A stretch of 64,000 nt of DNA. It comes from a virus. The stretch lies in the UHGV virus genome UHGV-0038495; one strand, given 5' to 3'. Made by a program: the position numbers and the translations under genes. The notes beneath the pieces were generated by a model. It worked only from the letters and a program-made list of their open reading frames with translations. It did no database searches and was not told the origin of the DNA. This document shows, piece after piece, positions 9,260 through 19,760 of the stretch; position 1 is the first letter of the stretch; the number at the start of each line of letters is the position of its first letter.

Positions 9260-12200
9260 TATTCCTCACCTTCTTCTTCTATTCCTCTTGCACGTTCACT
9301 TGTTATCATTATATTACCAAAATCATCTATTTCTGATACTCTATATAAAGTATGTCCACCTTGGCTAGCATATTTTTTAGCTACGAAGTCATTATCTCCT
9401 CTTCTCATACCGTTAATAACTAACATATTTCCTTTTGTAAACCAAGATTTTTCAATTATTTTCTTTTTACCATCTTCGCCCATAATTGAAATCTGTTTGT
9501 CATATATACTATAATAAGCTTTTGGGAATTTAATTGTTACAACAGTTCCGCCGCGAGTTAATAAAGATATAATATTTTTATTTTTATCTTTTGCAATAAC
9601 AGTTCCTATAATTTTACTTAGCTCAAACATATTGATTGTTCTGCCGCCTTTTTCAAACGAATTTGCTACGCGTGGTTCCACTGGAAGAGTTTCAAAATCT
9701 CGTAAACCATATTTACCATTATTTATATTTTTTAATTCATGTTCATGGAAATATAAACAAGTGCTTTCCATTTCCCAAGAACTATAATTAGGACGTTTTA
9801 CATATTTATCCCAATCTTCTTTAAATATCTTTTCATTTAATCTAAATAATACTTCTTCACCATCTTCTTTTAACCATTCTCTTAAATTATCCATTTCTTT
9901 TTGATAAATTTTATCCCATTGCTTTATTTTTAATATTTTATCATAATTTACAATAGAAAACAAGTCAAGATAGTTATTCTCAATAAATGATAAAGCTCTT
10001 TCGTCTAATTTATAATTTTCTGCATCAGATTTACAAATAGCCTTTAAATATCTATTAAATTCAAAAACCGCGCGCTCATGATTAAGGTTACTTGGAACGA
10101 GGTCTTCGAGAATAAGCTTACGCATATTCTGTAAAGTTAAACGTTTCTTTTTATCACAAGTACGCCAAATATACCAACCCATTAATTCCATTCTATTGGG
10201 TTCTAAACTGTCAAAAGCACCACTCTTTATTAATGATAACACTGCTGGTTTTTTTAATTTAACTCTATTTAAAAAATCTGGTACAGATACAAAAGGTCGA
10301 TTACTTATAATCTGTGAGATAACATCATCACCAACACTAACCAAACTTTTAAAACCATAATATATACAATTATTATCTACATCTGGCGCGAATATGGCTT
10401 CTGACTTATTGACATCTGGCGGAATGATTTTAATACCATTCTTTTTCATCTTTCCTATTGCGATAGCTATTTTATTATAGTCTGCACTTTCATTTTCTTT
10501 TGCGGCACCGCTATCTGTTATAAGACACGCGCAGTTCCAAAAAATGATCGGATACTTAAAACATAAGTTCATTTCCTGTAACCCTATGATACTATATGCT
10601 AGAGTATGTGAAAGATTAAAACCATATCCCCTAGATGTAGCTACTAGAACGTTCCATACATAGCGACAAAGATTTGGGCTTAAGTCTTTTTCCTCCACAG
10701 TTTTATAATATTCTTCTTGGAGCTTCATGTATGCTGTTGGATTTTTTTTGGCTATAGATTTACGGAGGGAGTCCGCCCACGTTAATGACATACCACCGCA
10801 CTCAGGAAGTTGAACAAGCATCATGAACCTTTCCTGCGATTCACATATCCCATATGAAGACTTTAAGATTGGTTCTAAAAGTTTTTGTTCTTCTTTGGTC
10901 AGACCATATCGATCCATTTCTGCATACCACAAAAATATATCTTTCTTAAAGCGCGCATATTTGTTTAATGGCTGCTCATCTCCAGGTTCTTGCGCCATAA
11001 GTCTAATTACAGAATTTAATGTTGCTAAATCATCCAAACACTCTGGTTTAGTGAGCGCTATGCCCTGAACTCCTGATTGTTTTTCCATCTGAAATAATGA
11101 TTCAATCTTGTGTGACCAAATCATTTTCCACATATCTTTATTTTCTCTTTCAAGGTTATAAACACCAATCGCCTTTTCATAAGTTTCTTTTAAAGTTGCA
11201 CCCGGTTCTAGATATTTATATTCTACAAGTAGGTCTAAGCACGTATGAATTTTATCAAGAGCTTCGACCGAAAGTAAATCTATCTTGATCAAGCTTACAT
11301 CCTCTGAATCATGGAGATCAAACTGAGTAACCACATCTCCATTTGGAACTCTCATGAGCGCGGTTGATTTTGTAAAAGGCTCGTCTACGAAAATAACACC
11401 ACCTGCATGTTCTCCGATTCCGCATACAAGACCTTCTATCCTTTGCGCAACAGACCAAAGTTCTGGATATAACTTCATCTGTCTTACAAACTCTGGTACT
11501 GGTTTAAAACCATTTTCTTCATCGCCATAATAACACTGTTTTAAAGTACGCGCAATACCTCTATCTACTGGTACAAGAGAAGCAAGATAAAGAGAAATGT
11601 CTACATCTATACCTAACCCACGCGCGGCAGTCTGCAAGGCACTTTTACTTTTTTCAGTTCTAAAAGTAATAACATTAGACACGCGGTCTTGCCCATAAAA
11701 ATCTCTTAAAGCCTGAAGTGTTTGTGCTCGTCTTCCCCCTTCGATATCTGTATCTATATCTAAGACTGATACTCTAGATGGATTAAGGAAGCGCCATGGA
11801 TATAATTTGGTTGTTTCCCAAAGAGGATTTATCTGAATTATATCTAAAAGATATAATAATATAAACCCTACGCCAGAACCACGACCGCATCCTACCAACG
11901 TGCCTGAATCCCAGCACACTTCAATAATTTTTTGAAGATTTAAGAAATATGCGCTCCAGTGCGCGTTGTTTACCTCTGAACTTTCCCAAGTCATCTGTAA
12001 ATTAATTTCAACTTCATCGTATATTCTCTGAGTCTGTAAGCGCACATCAGATTCTAATTTTTCAATGATTGCTCTCGCTAAAACTTTATCGCCATTAAAT
12101 GATGATTCAACGAACTTTTTAAGTGAAGGAATCCTCTTAAAATACACGTCTGGGATTATTTTTAAAGTCGGCTCATTCCATACAAGAGAAGGAATAACTA

Positions 12201-13122
12201 AAGGTTTCATTAAACTATAATCTCGCGCGCGTGCAGCAACTTCTGCGATTGTTTCATTTGCTTTTACGATTATCTCTTCTTCTATAAAATCATTTAATTC
12301 ATTACCAGACATTAAATAAGTTGTAGCATAGAATGATTTTACTTCACGTTCACCTTCTTGTGCATTAAGAAAAGCTTCGTGAATTGGTGCATCTTCAGGT
12401 CTAGCATAATGACTATCGGTCGTGATTATATATGGTATATCTAATTCTTCAGACAATTTTAACAAACCTGCATTTGCTATTTTCTGCTCTTTATATTTAG
12501 AAGGCTGTAATTCTAATAAGAAATTACCTTTACCAAAAATACTCTGCATTGATAAACACCAACCAAGAATATTATTCCAAAGCGTAGGATCTGGATTCTC
12601 ATTATATTGGAGTAGTTTATTATCTAAGAATCCACCCAAGCAGGCTGTCGCGCCAACTACATGACCCGGATTTGCGCTTATAATATCAATTAAATCTTGA
12701 TAGTATGTAGGTCTGCGCGCCATCTTACCTGTTTTCCAACTGCGCATCCAAGCACGTGTTGATAATTCTCTTATTTGTTCATGTCCTGTTGCATCTAAAG
12801 CGAGTAAAATAAAATGGTAAAATTTATCCTGACCTTTAATAAAGTTATCTTTAGTCAATTCATCTCTACAAAGATATATTTCATTACCTCTAATAACTTT
12901 AAAGTCTGGATGCTTTTCTTTGATTTTATTATAATACTTTTCTATTTTTATCGCATTTGATACAGTTTCATGTTCTGTTATGGCTATTACCTTATGTCCA
13001 AGTGCAATCGCTGTATCTATTAACCCTCCTATTGTATTAATAGAATCTCTTAAATACAAATTGCTATAATCGGTATGATTGTGTAATGAGCCTATGTATT
13101 CTATTGTTCTTAAAGAATCCAT
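9259..13122 (-). CDS. dnaE: DNA polymerase III alpha subunit (DnaE-type, family C) with N-terminal PHP domain
   Basis: PHP motifs LHNHTDYS and AITEHET. Finger/palm region with VVTQFDLHDSEDVSLIKIDLLS (compare DnaE DFLGL). 1287 aa. Confidence 0.85.
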   Translation of the reverse strand: MDSLRTIEYIGSLHNHTDYSNLYLRDSINTIGGLIDTAIALGHKVIAITEHETVSNAIKIEKYYNKIKEKHPDFKVIRGNEIYLCRDELTKDNFIKGQDKFYHFILLALDATGHEQIRELSTRAWMRSWKTGKMARRPTYYQDLIDIISANPGHVVGATACLGGFLDNKLLQYNENPDPTLWNNILGWCLSMQSIFGKGNFLLELQPSKYKEQKIANAGLLKLSEELDIPYIITTDSHYARPEDAPIHEAFLNAQEGEREVKSFYATTYLMSGNELNDFIEEEIIVKANETIAEVAARARDYSLMKPLVIPSLVWNEPTLKIIPDVYFKRIPSLKKFVESSFNGDKVLARAIIEKLESDVRLQTQRIYDEVEINLQMTWESSEVNNAHWSAYFLNLQKIIEVCWDSGTLVGCGRGSGVGFILLYLLDIIQINPLWETTKLYPWRFLNPSRVSVLDIDTDIEGGRRAQTLQALRDFYGQDRVSNVITFRTEKSKSALQTAARGLGIDVDISLYLASLVPVDRGIARTLKQCYYGDEENGFKPVPEFVRQMKLYPELWSVAQRIEGLVCGIGEHAGGVIFVDEPFTKSTALMRVPNGDVVTQFDLHDSEDVSLIKIDLLSVEALDKIHTCLDLLVEYKYLEPGATLKETYEKAIGVYNLERENKDMWKMIWSHKIESLFQMEKQSGVQGIALTKPECLDDLATLNSVIRLMAQEPGDEQPLNKYARFKKDIFLWYAEMDRYGLTKEEQKLLEPILKSSYGICESQERFMMLVQLPECGGMSLTWADSLRKSIAKKNPTAYMKLQEEYYKTVEEKDLSPNLCRYVWNVLVATSRGYGFNLSHTLAYSIIGLQEMNLCFKYPIIFWNCACLITDSGAAKENESADYNKIAIAIGKMKKNGIKIIPPDVNKSEAIFAPDVDNNCIYYGFKSLVSVGDDVISQIISNRPFVSVPDFLNRVKLKKPAVLSLIKSGAFDSLEPNRMELMGWYIWRTCDKKKRLTLQNMRKLILEDLVPSNLNHERAVFEFNRYLKAICKSDAENYKLDERALSFIENNYLDLFSIVNYDKILKIKQWDKIYQKEMDNLREWLKEDGEEVLFRLNEKIFKEDWDKYVKRPNYSSWEMESTCLYFHEHELKNINNGKYGLRDFETLPVEPRVANSFEKGGRTINMFELSKIIGTVIAKDKNKNIISLLTRGGTVVTIKFPKAYYSIYDKQISIMGEDGKKKIIEKSWFTKGNMLVINGMRRGDNDFVAKKYASQGGHTLYRVSEIDDFGNIMITSERARGIEEEGEE

Positions 13123-13506
13123 ATACTTTACTCTCTTTCTTTAAAACTAAAATAAGATATATAATAAATAAATTATTATATATCTTATATATATTATTAT
13201 ATAATATATTATTTATATATTATATATATTATTTAGATTTATGATCTTTACTCTACATACACTTTTCTTTTTTGTTTTTCTTTCTTTGTTTTCTTTATTA
13301 TACCATATTTTTTTTCATTTTCCAAATATTTTGAGAATTATTTTTAGCACAGTAATTTGGATTTTCAATTTTCAAAGAATTAAATTGCCTTTTATCAATT
13401 CAATCAAATAATTTTTAATTGAAATGAACACTTTATCACCTCACTTATTTTTATGTTCAGACGACTAAAAATAAATTAGTCTCTGAACATATTTTTTAAT
13501 AAGGAA

Positions 13507-15765
13507 TTAATCTTTTTTTATAATAACAAGTTTATCTATCGCGCGAGTTACTGCGGTATAAAGCCAGCGTTTATGTTCTTCATTTTCGAATGGGAATCCT
13601 TCCTCTATAACAAGGACCTTATCGAACTGGCTACCTTGCGATTTATGGGTCGTGATCACATACCCATAAGCTACGTCATTGGGAAGAGGGCTGTGAAACC
13701 GCTTATTTTTTCTTAACTTATATAAATCCTGCCCAGTTAAAATAGAAGTTCCTGTAGCTAACATCTGTTTCTCAACAATAACATCACGAATAATATCATC
13801 ATTATCTAATCTTAAATCTACTTTATAACAAGGAATAATTCTTTCAGATTCAGATTCTTTTAACCAATAAGGTAAAACAACTTCATATTCTCTAATATTT
13901 TCAACAGTTCCTATCGTACCATTTGTTAAACTTGCTTCTTCACTATCAGAGACTTTATCATCATAATTATGTAAACAAATAAGTCTTTCACCCGGAACTA
14001 ACAACTTGTCTGAATACCCAAGTTGCTTACGCACATTGTTATTATAAGCTATTCTTTTTTTATTAGTTGCGCATAATGTAACATCAGCCCACGTCAACAT
14101 ACCTTCAGTCAAATCCGCCGCATTAAATATTTGTACTTCTTTCCCATGAAATTCTTTTAAAGACTCACCTTCTCGAATTTGCATAGAGACCTGTATTATT
14201 TCACTTTCTTTTGCCTGTCTCATTATCTCATCTAAGAATACATGAGGATGATCTAAGAGATGATTATCATCATTCTTAGAGATTGGAGGTAGCTGTCCGG
14301 GGTCTCCGCAGCATATAAGATAAACAGGATACGAGAGCAAGTCCTGAATCATCTTAGTTGGGACCATAGATACTTCATCTATTACTATAACCTTTGGACC
14401 CAACTCTTTTCTCTTTGTTCTCATATAAGTGCCATTAGGCATTTGTGTGTTATAGTACAAGAGCTTATGAAGTGTAGTTGCGCCTGGATTGCCTTTGTCT
14501 TTTAAAACCTGCGCGGCTTTACCTGTAAATGCACAGTAAGCTACGTCCATTTCATCTAAGTCTAGGGCTGCTATAATAAAATTAACTACAGTGGTATTAT
14601 GAGTAACTATAAAGTCATTTGTAAGATATAAATGCTCTTCATTATCAACATAAATACATATCATTTCTGTACTATAATTTTCTTTTATTATTTCTACTAT
14701 TGAATTCTTATTATAATTTTTATTCTTAATGTAATTCTTAGCCTTTATAGCTATTTCTTTTTTACGAGGTAATCTAAATAATTTATATTTTTCTTCATTT
14801 GGTATATTAATATTTAAATTATAGCATTTTCCAGTGCTATATTTATTACTTCTTTTATCTTCTGTAATGGTTGAGCTATAACTTAAAGATTGTAAAACTT
14901 CTTTTACATCTAAAATTAACTGTAAACTTGTAGACGTATATCGAATATTAAATCTATTATTACTTTCTGTAATAGACCCATCTGTATCTAGTATACCTTG
15001 TAATAAACTTAAACGCTGTTCTATTGACCCCCTTTTATAAATTTCAGGAATTCTTTTATCTTGAGCTGCACAACAAATTTCTTCTTGAAATTCACTAAAA
15101 AATTGATTTGTTTGAAATTTTAAAGTAGTCCAACCATTTCCTTCTATTGGGGCTGGAAGTAAAAAAGTCCAATTATAATTATCCACAGAATTTTTTTCTA
15201 CATCCTTTGCGCCGATTAAATCTTTTATAAAAATTGGAATTTGTTCGTTTTCAGAAGATATAGTTAATTGTCTTTGCTTACAACAACCATCTCCTAGAAA
15301 AGCACCAATAACATACGGGTCTATTTTATAATCTTGTTTTTCATACTGTACGGGTAAATTATTTGGCACAGCATATTTAAAACCTGCCGAATTAGTTAAA
15401 CCTTTGTTAAGAAGTTCTTCTGTCGTTAAAGTCTGCTTCTGATTTTTCTTATTTAAAACTGTCCATAAATGGTCTCCCGCGCACTGAGTTTCTCTTTTGT
15501 CTTTTAACTTTAAAGTATAGACTTTTTTTTCTCCTTGAGGATAAATTCCCATAACTTTTGTAGGTAATCCTTTTCTATCAAAGACATAATCTCCTATTTT
15601 TAATTCTCCTATTTTTCTCCAACCATTAGGAGTAGGGACCATCGTATCTATAGGCTGTGCTTTGCCTGCACCTGCATACCCAGATATCACGGTCATTTTC
15701 TCTCCGTCTCGATACCTTTTAACGGCTATTTTAACCGCTTCTTTCTGCTTTGCTGTTAATTCCAT
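13507..15765 (-). CDS. RecD/Dda-like SF1 helicase interrupted by a LAGLIDADG intein
   Basis: N-extein ...VISGYAGAGK. C-extein TTVVNFIIAA...AYCAFTGKAAQVL...ATTLHKLL...VIVIDEVSMV...GDPGQLPP (helicase motifs I, Ia, II, III). The removed 355 aa restores the GAGKTT P-loop. Confidence 0.8.
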   Translation of the reverse strand: MELTAKQKEAVKIAVKRYRDGEKMTVISGYAGAGKAQPIDTMVPTPNGWRKIGELKIGDYVFDRKGLPTKVMGIYPQGEKKVYTLKLKDKRETQCAGDHLWTVLNKKNQKQTLTTEELLNKGLTNSAGFKYAVPNNLPVQYEKQDYKIDPYVIGAFLGDGCCKQRQLTISSENEQIPIFIKDLIGAKDVEKNSVDNYNWTFLLPAPIEGNGWTTLKFQTNQFFSEFQEEICCAAQDKRIPEIYKRGSIEQRLSLLQGILDTDGSITESNNRFNIRYTSTSLQLILDVKEVLQSLSYSSTITEDKRSNKYSTGKCYNLNINIPNEEKYKLFRLPRKKEIAIKAKNYIKNKNYNKNSIVEIIKENYSTEMICIYVDNEEHLYLTNDFIVTHNTTVVNFIIAALDLDEMDVAYCAFTGKAAQVLKDKGNPGATTLHKLLYYNTQMPNGTYMRTKRKELGPKVIVIDEVSMVPTKMIQDLLSYPVYLICCGDPGQLPPISKNDDNHLLDHPHVFLDEIMRQAKESEIIQVSMQIREGESLKEFHGKEVQIFNAADLTEGMLTWADVTLCATNKKRIAYNNNVRKQLGYSDKLLVPGERLICLHNYDDKVSDSEEASLTNGTIGTVENIREYEVVLPYWLKESESERIIPCYKVDLRLDNDDIIRDVIVEKQMLATGTSILTGQDLYKLRKNKRFHSPLPNDVAYGYVITTHKSQGSQFDKVLVIEEGFPFENEEHKRWLYTAVTRAIDKLVIIKKD
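14596..15660 (-). mobile_element. Intein (Hint domain plus LAGLIDADG homing endonuclease) inside the helicase P-loop
   Basis: Block A-like start AQPIDTMVPTPNGWRKIGELKIGDYV. Block B ..AGDHLWT. Two LAGLIDADG motifs (YVIGAFLGDG and LLQGILDTDGSI). C-terminal FIVTHN followed by +1 Thr. The first intein residue is Ala rather than Cys or Ser. Confidence 0.7.
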
Positions 15766-15893
15766 TCCTTTTTCTCCTTTTAACTTTTCTAATATTCTTT
15801 TTATTTCTTATTTATATTTTATCATATTTTTTATTTTCTTTAAAAATAGAACAAAAAAACAGGAAAATCTACTAGAGACTTTCCTGTTCTTTA

Positions 15894-16721
15894 TTAATTT
15901 ACGAAATAATTATATGCAGCTCGCGCATTTGCTTGACGCTTACTACAAGTACCAAAAGAACCTCTACCATAAGCATATAAATATGCTTTAGCAGCTTCTT
16001 CTGGTGAAGTTAAATTACAAAAGTCTTTATAAGTAAAGCCAGACTTATATAATCTACCATAGGTATTGAAATTTGATTCAAGTGTATTTGCTAAATAATT
16101 TAACTGAACAAGCGTGGACGCGCCATGAATACCATAGGACTTACTCCATTGACATAACCCGTAGTATTTTCCCGTAGGATTATATACATAAGGGTTTAAA
16201 TCTAAAGTTCCGCCGCCACATTCTTGCATCATGTTACCAAGTATTCCAGCTGTAACCGCGTCATTATATCCCTTAGACTTTAAAAAAGCCCAAACCTCGC
16301 CTGCAACAGGAGAAGAAGAAATCTTAGCATACATCTTTTTACCTTCTTCTATTTTCTTCTGTTCAGCATATTTATTTTCATAATGTTGTTTCGCGCTTTT
16401 TGCTTGAGCATATTCATCTTGTGCCAGTTGAATTACAGCATGTTCTTCATCATAAGATAAATTTCTTGCAGCTTCAGCCATATCATGCGCGTCATCCATT
16501 CGTTTCTGACTTTCTTGAATTAAACTATTTAATTTATTTAAATCAGTAGTTTCAACAATCGCATAAGACGCGGAAAGAGGTTTAGGATCTTCAGTCTCAG
16601 CTGTATCTGCATGAGCCCTAATTCCTATGACCGCTATGGCGGCTGCCGCGACTAAACCTATAATAATTATATTCTTTGTTTTCATAATGTTGTTCTTCCT
16701 TTCTCTTGTTTCTAGTAACAA
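15894..16721 (-). CDS. Membrane-anchored coiled-coil protein with C-terminal GH73-like (glucosaminidase/lysozyme-like) domain
   Basis: N-terminal transmembrane/signal segment IIIIGLVAAAAIAVIGI. C-terminal AGILGNMMQECGGGTLDLNP...GLCQW...YLYAYGRG, resembling the A.ESG.G catalytic region of FlgJ/AcmA-type hydrolases. Confidence 0.45.
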   Translation of the reverse strand: MLLETRERKNNIMKTKNIIIIGLVAAAAIAVIGIRAHADTAETEDPKPLSASYAIVETTDLNKLNSLIQESQKRMDDAHDMAEAARNLSYDEEHAVIQLAQDEYAQAKSAKQHYENKYAEQKKIEEGKKMYAKISSSPVAGEVWAFLKSKGYNDAVTAGILGNMMQECGGGTLDLNPYVYNPTGKYYGLCQWSKSYGIHGASTLVQLNYLANTLESNFNTYGRLYKSGFTYKDFCNLTSPEEAAKAYLYAYGRGSFGTCSKRQANARAAYNYFVN

Positions 16722-16845
16722 CTATAAGACAAGAGCCGTTGTTTGGGCATTATGAAATAGCTTGTGCTTACTATTCCATTTTAATTAATCATAATTATAC
16801 CATATTTTTCATTATTAACGACTCTTTTTCATTCAGAACTCTTTC

Positions 16846-18603
16846 TTAGAAATTATATCCGACCGATTCAATGCAATAATCTTCTATAATAATTTGAGGA
16901 TTTATACGACCATTCCATTCGTTCTTTTCACATTTACCTACAACAGTAAGAATTTTAGAAGTGAAATCTGTTAATCCGCTAATTATACTTTCGTATTCCT
17001 CTTGTGAAGCTCTGAACTTAATAAAATTCGTCCCATTTGATAAACTTATCTTTAGAGTTGGGTTTCTATCTGGAGACATTAACTGTATATTGTTTTTAGT
17101 TACTGAAACTCCAGTAACTACAACTAATGGTTCTTCAACCCCATGTGCCCACAGATGATGATACTCTGCTATTTCAAGTATATCTTCTGACTTTAAAGAA
17201 TTTTTATCATAAATAAAATCAACCCTGTATATTGCCGAAAACTGAATGTTCGCAAGAGCAGAATTAGAATATTCAACAAGCGCGCTTAGGTTTTGGTCTT
17301 TTACCGAGGTACCGAATGCCTGAGGATGTCCACTTGCATATTCAACCAATCCAGAATTCGCGAGAAACTGTCTAAAATCATCGAAACCTACATTATTAAT
17401 CCCTCTTCCAGACCCAGACCACATAAGCCCGCCCGCGTCATTATAGCTTTCATGCAGAATTAATGTTGGATGCTGATATTTATTAGCAATTTGAGTTGCT
17501 ACTAAACCAGTAAGACCACGTTCCATTGCGCCATCCGGCAAACATACTATAATTAACTTATTTTCAAATAAGTCTTGCTCTAAGATTTTGCGTTCTATTT
17601 CTTCTGTTGCAACATCTCTGAGCTTCTTTTGTCTATTCTTTACATTTGTCGCAGTTCTAACAGCTTGTTCAACCACTGTTTCAAACTGCCCCTTACAACC
17701 ACGTTTAGTTGAAGGAATTTCTTTATATGCTTTATATTCTAAGAATGATTCAAAAATTAATCTTTTTTCTTCCATTGTTCCAACTCGTGTAACCGCATTT
17801 ACAAAAGGAACAATATAAAAGGAGATTCCAAATGGTGTTAATTCTGGACCAATGCTAAATGAGTTACGTTCAGCCATAGTTATAATGAAAGGATTCTTGA
17901 TATTATCTATGCCTTTTGCTATCATGGCTCTATTTTCTAATGGTCGGACGTCCATTATATCACTTATTTCTGATAGTCCAGCCAAATCAATATAATCATC
18001 TGCTATGTCAGTTTTAAAAAATTCATCTAAGAATTTACAAAACTTGTAAACAACACCACCACCACATAAAAATTTATTTGGATACTCACATATCATTGGG
18101 TTGATTATTACTGCGTCTGTCGCGGGAGTGCCCGTGTAGTGATGATCTAAGATAAGAGTATCAATACCTCGTTCTTTTAAACGAGAGACAATCTCACATT
18201 CATTCGAAGCAGCATCTGGGACTATGAGGAACTGAATATCATCAGTTATAGCTTCCTCAATAATACCATGAGCTTTCTTATTATGAAGCACATAGCGCAC
18301 ACAATTTTCTATATATGTGGGTACAAGTCGATGAAGATAGTTAAGAAGGAGCGCGGCGCTGGCATAACCATCTTGATCCGAGTCCACAACTACTAAAGTC
18401 TGACTTCGCATAGCAATATGTTTAGCTAAAAGCTCTGCACCCTCGCGCATATTATCTAAATCTTCTGGAGGTAAAATAAAAGTATCTTTAGGAAAAAGAT
18501 ACTTACTTATTTCTTCTCTCTTTAAACCTCGGTTTAATAAAATTTTAGTTATAGGGGCATCATCTGATTCAATCTCAGGTGATTCTATTAATTTATATTC
18601 CAT
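16846..18603 (-). CDS. RecJ-like DHH/DHHA1 phosphoesterase (ssDNA exonuclease)
   Basis: DHH motifs VVVDSDQDGYASAALL and LILDHHYTG. DHHA1 GHPQAFG. Confidence 0.7.
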   Translation of the reverse strand: MEYKLIESPEIESDDAPITKILLNRGLKREEISKYLFPKDTFILPPEDLDNMREGAELLAKHIAMRSQTLVVVDSDQDGYASAALLLNYLHRLVPTYIENCVRYVLHNKKAHGIIEEAITDDIQFLIVPDAASNECEIVSRLKERGIDTLILDHHYTGTPATDAVIINPMICEYPNKFLCGGGVVYKFCKFLDEFFKTDIADDYIDLAGLSEISDIMDVRPLENRAMIAKGIDNIKNPFIITMAERNSFSIGPELTPFGISFYIVPFVNAVTRVGTMEEKRLIFESFLEYKAYKEIPSTKRGCKGQFETVVEQAVRTATNVKNRQKKLRDVATEEIERKILEQDLFENKLIIVCLPDGAMERGLTGLVATQIANKYQHPTLILHESYNDAGGLMWSGSGRGINNVGFDDFRQFLANSGLVEYASGHPQAFGTSVKDQNLSALVEYSNSALANIQFSAIYRVDFIYDKNSLKSEDILEIAEYHHLWAHGVEEPLVVVTGVSVTKNNIQLMSPDRNPTLKISLSNGTNFIKFRASQEEYESIISGLTDFTSKILTVVGKCEKNEWNGRINPQIIIEDYCIESVGYNF

Positions 18604-18644
18604 TTAAAACTCCTTATAATATATATAAAAATTCTTCTATAGTG

Positions 18645-19760
18645 CTAGTGTGAAAATGCCCAACCGTAAACAATTCTTGTTTGAAAAAGTTTTAAAAAAG
18701 TATCTAACCCACAATCTATAGGACTATCTTTATACCCCAATAAATCATTTCTATCAAATACAATAGAAATGGTAATTTCATTACCAAATGTTTTAGCTTG
18801 TTTAATTAACTTTTTCTTTACTTTTTTAAATTCTTCACTAGCCTTATCTGTAAAATCTTTATCAAAACATAATACCATTTCTTTCGCGCCAAACTTTTTT
18901 AATAATTCATATTGTCTATTTGATAATGTACTGCCGCAACAGGCAACACTAATATCATTACATGCTCCTACCGCAGTCCGATACTTGAGAACTGACTTTT
19001 CACTCTCAAACACTAATGCTCTACCGGCTCGTTTTATATTCTCTTTACTTTTATCTAAGTTATAGAGATTACCTCCAATTGCGTGATTATAAAGTATACC
19101 ATTTATCCTAAGAGGACGATATTTACCATATTTCTCTGCCTCTGGGATAATTAAGCTGCGTCCGCGCAATCCAATAAATCTACCATTATAATCATAATGA
19201 GGAATAGTAATTTGCTCTCCTCCGGGGTAATACCCAATACGCGCTTCATTCATTACCTCTTGCGAAATACCTTCTTTAAGCCAAGGTACAATAGGAATAT
19301 AAGAAAAACGATTAAGTATACTATCATCATAAGGTTCATATATTATTTCTCTGCCTTTAATACTCTTATGATTTGCGCGCCCAGCATATTTTTGGAAGAT
19401 TTTGGCATCTGCATTATCTAAGGTTTCAAATTCACTTTTCTGTTCTCTTGCAATTCCAAAATAATTTGTAATATAATCAAGTGCTGCACTGATACCTAAG
19501 TCAATATTGCGTTGCACCTTAAAAACTTTACAAGTTAATTCAATTATATCAAATCTATCTTGACACCCAGTAAAACAAGAAAATAATTGAGTATTCTGAT
19601 AATAATATAATTTTTGGCTACCCTCTCCGGGTAGGTTGTGACATATGGTATCAGCGACAAGCCCAAAGGATTTAAAGACTGGGTTGCCGCCAAAGTTATT
19701 AACTAATTCATATATTTGTTCTATTGTAAGAGATTCTTTAACCCTCTGTAGTTCTTCCAT
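18645..19760 (-). CDS. dnaG: DnaG-type DNA primase
   Basis: CHC2 zinc finger CHNLPGEGSQKLYYY....FSCFTGC. TOPRIM with LVFESEKSV (catalytic E) and VLCFDKDFTD (DxD). Confidence 0.7.
   Translation of the reverse strand: MEELQRVKESLTIEQIYELVNNFGGNPVFKSFGLVADTICHNLPGEGSQKLYYYQNTQLFSCFTGCQDRFDIIELTCKVFKVQRNIDLGISAALDYITNYFGIAREQKSEFETLDNADAKIFQKYAGRANHKSIKGREIIYEPYDDSILNRFSYIPIVPWLKEGISQEVMNEARIGYYPGGEQITIPHYDYNGRFIGLRGRSLIIPEAEKYGKYRPLRINGILYNHAIGGNLYNLDKSKENIKRAGRALVFESEKSVLKYRTAVGACNDISVACCGSTLSNRQYELLKKFGAKEMVLCFDKDFTDKASEEFKKVKKKLIKQAKTFGNEITISIVFDRNDLLGYKDSPIDCGLDTFLKLFQTRIVYGWAFSH

Noticed and set aside
9259-13122. An intein in DnaE as well (1287 aa is longer than a typical DnaE)
   Set aside because: No Hint block A/B, LAGLIDADG or HN+C/S/T signature found by eye. 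The extra length is compatible with PHP-domain-containing DnaE proteins.
13140-13260. CRISPR array or terminal repeat
   Set aside because: The repeats are short TA low-complexity units, not 25-40-nt direct repeats with unique spacers. The dispersed 45-nt repeats elsewhere are promoters at irregular kilobase spacing, not CRISPR.
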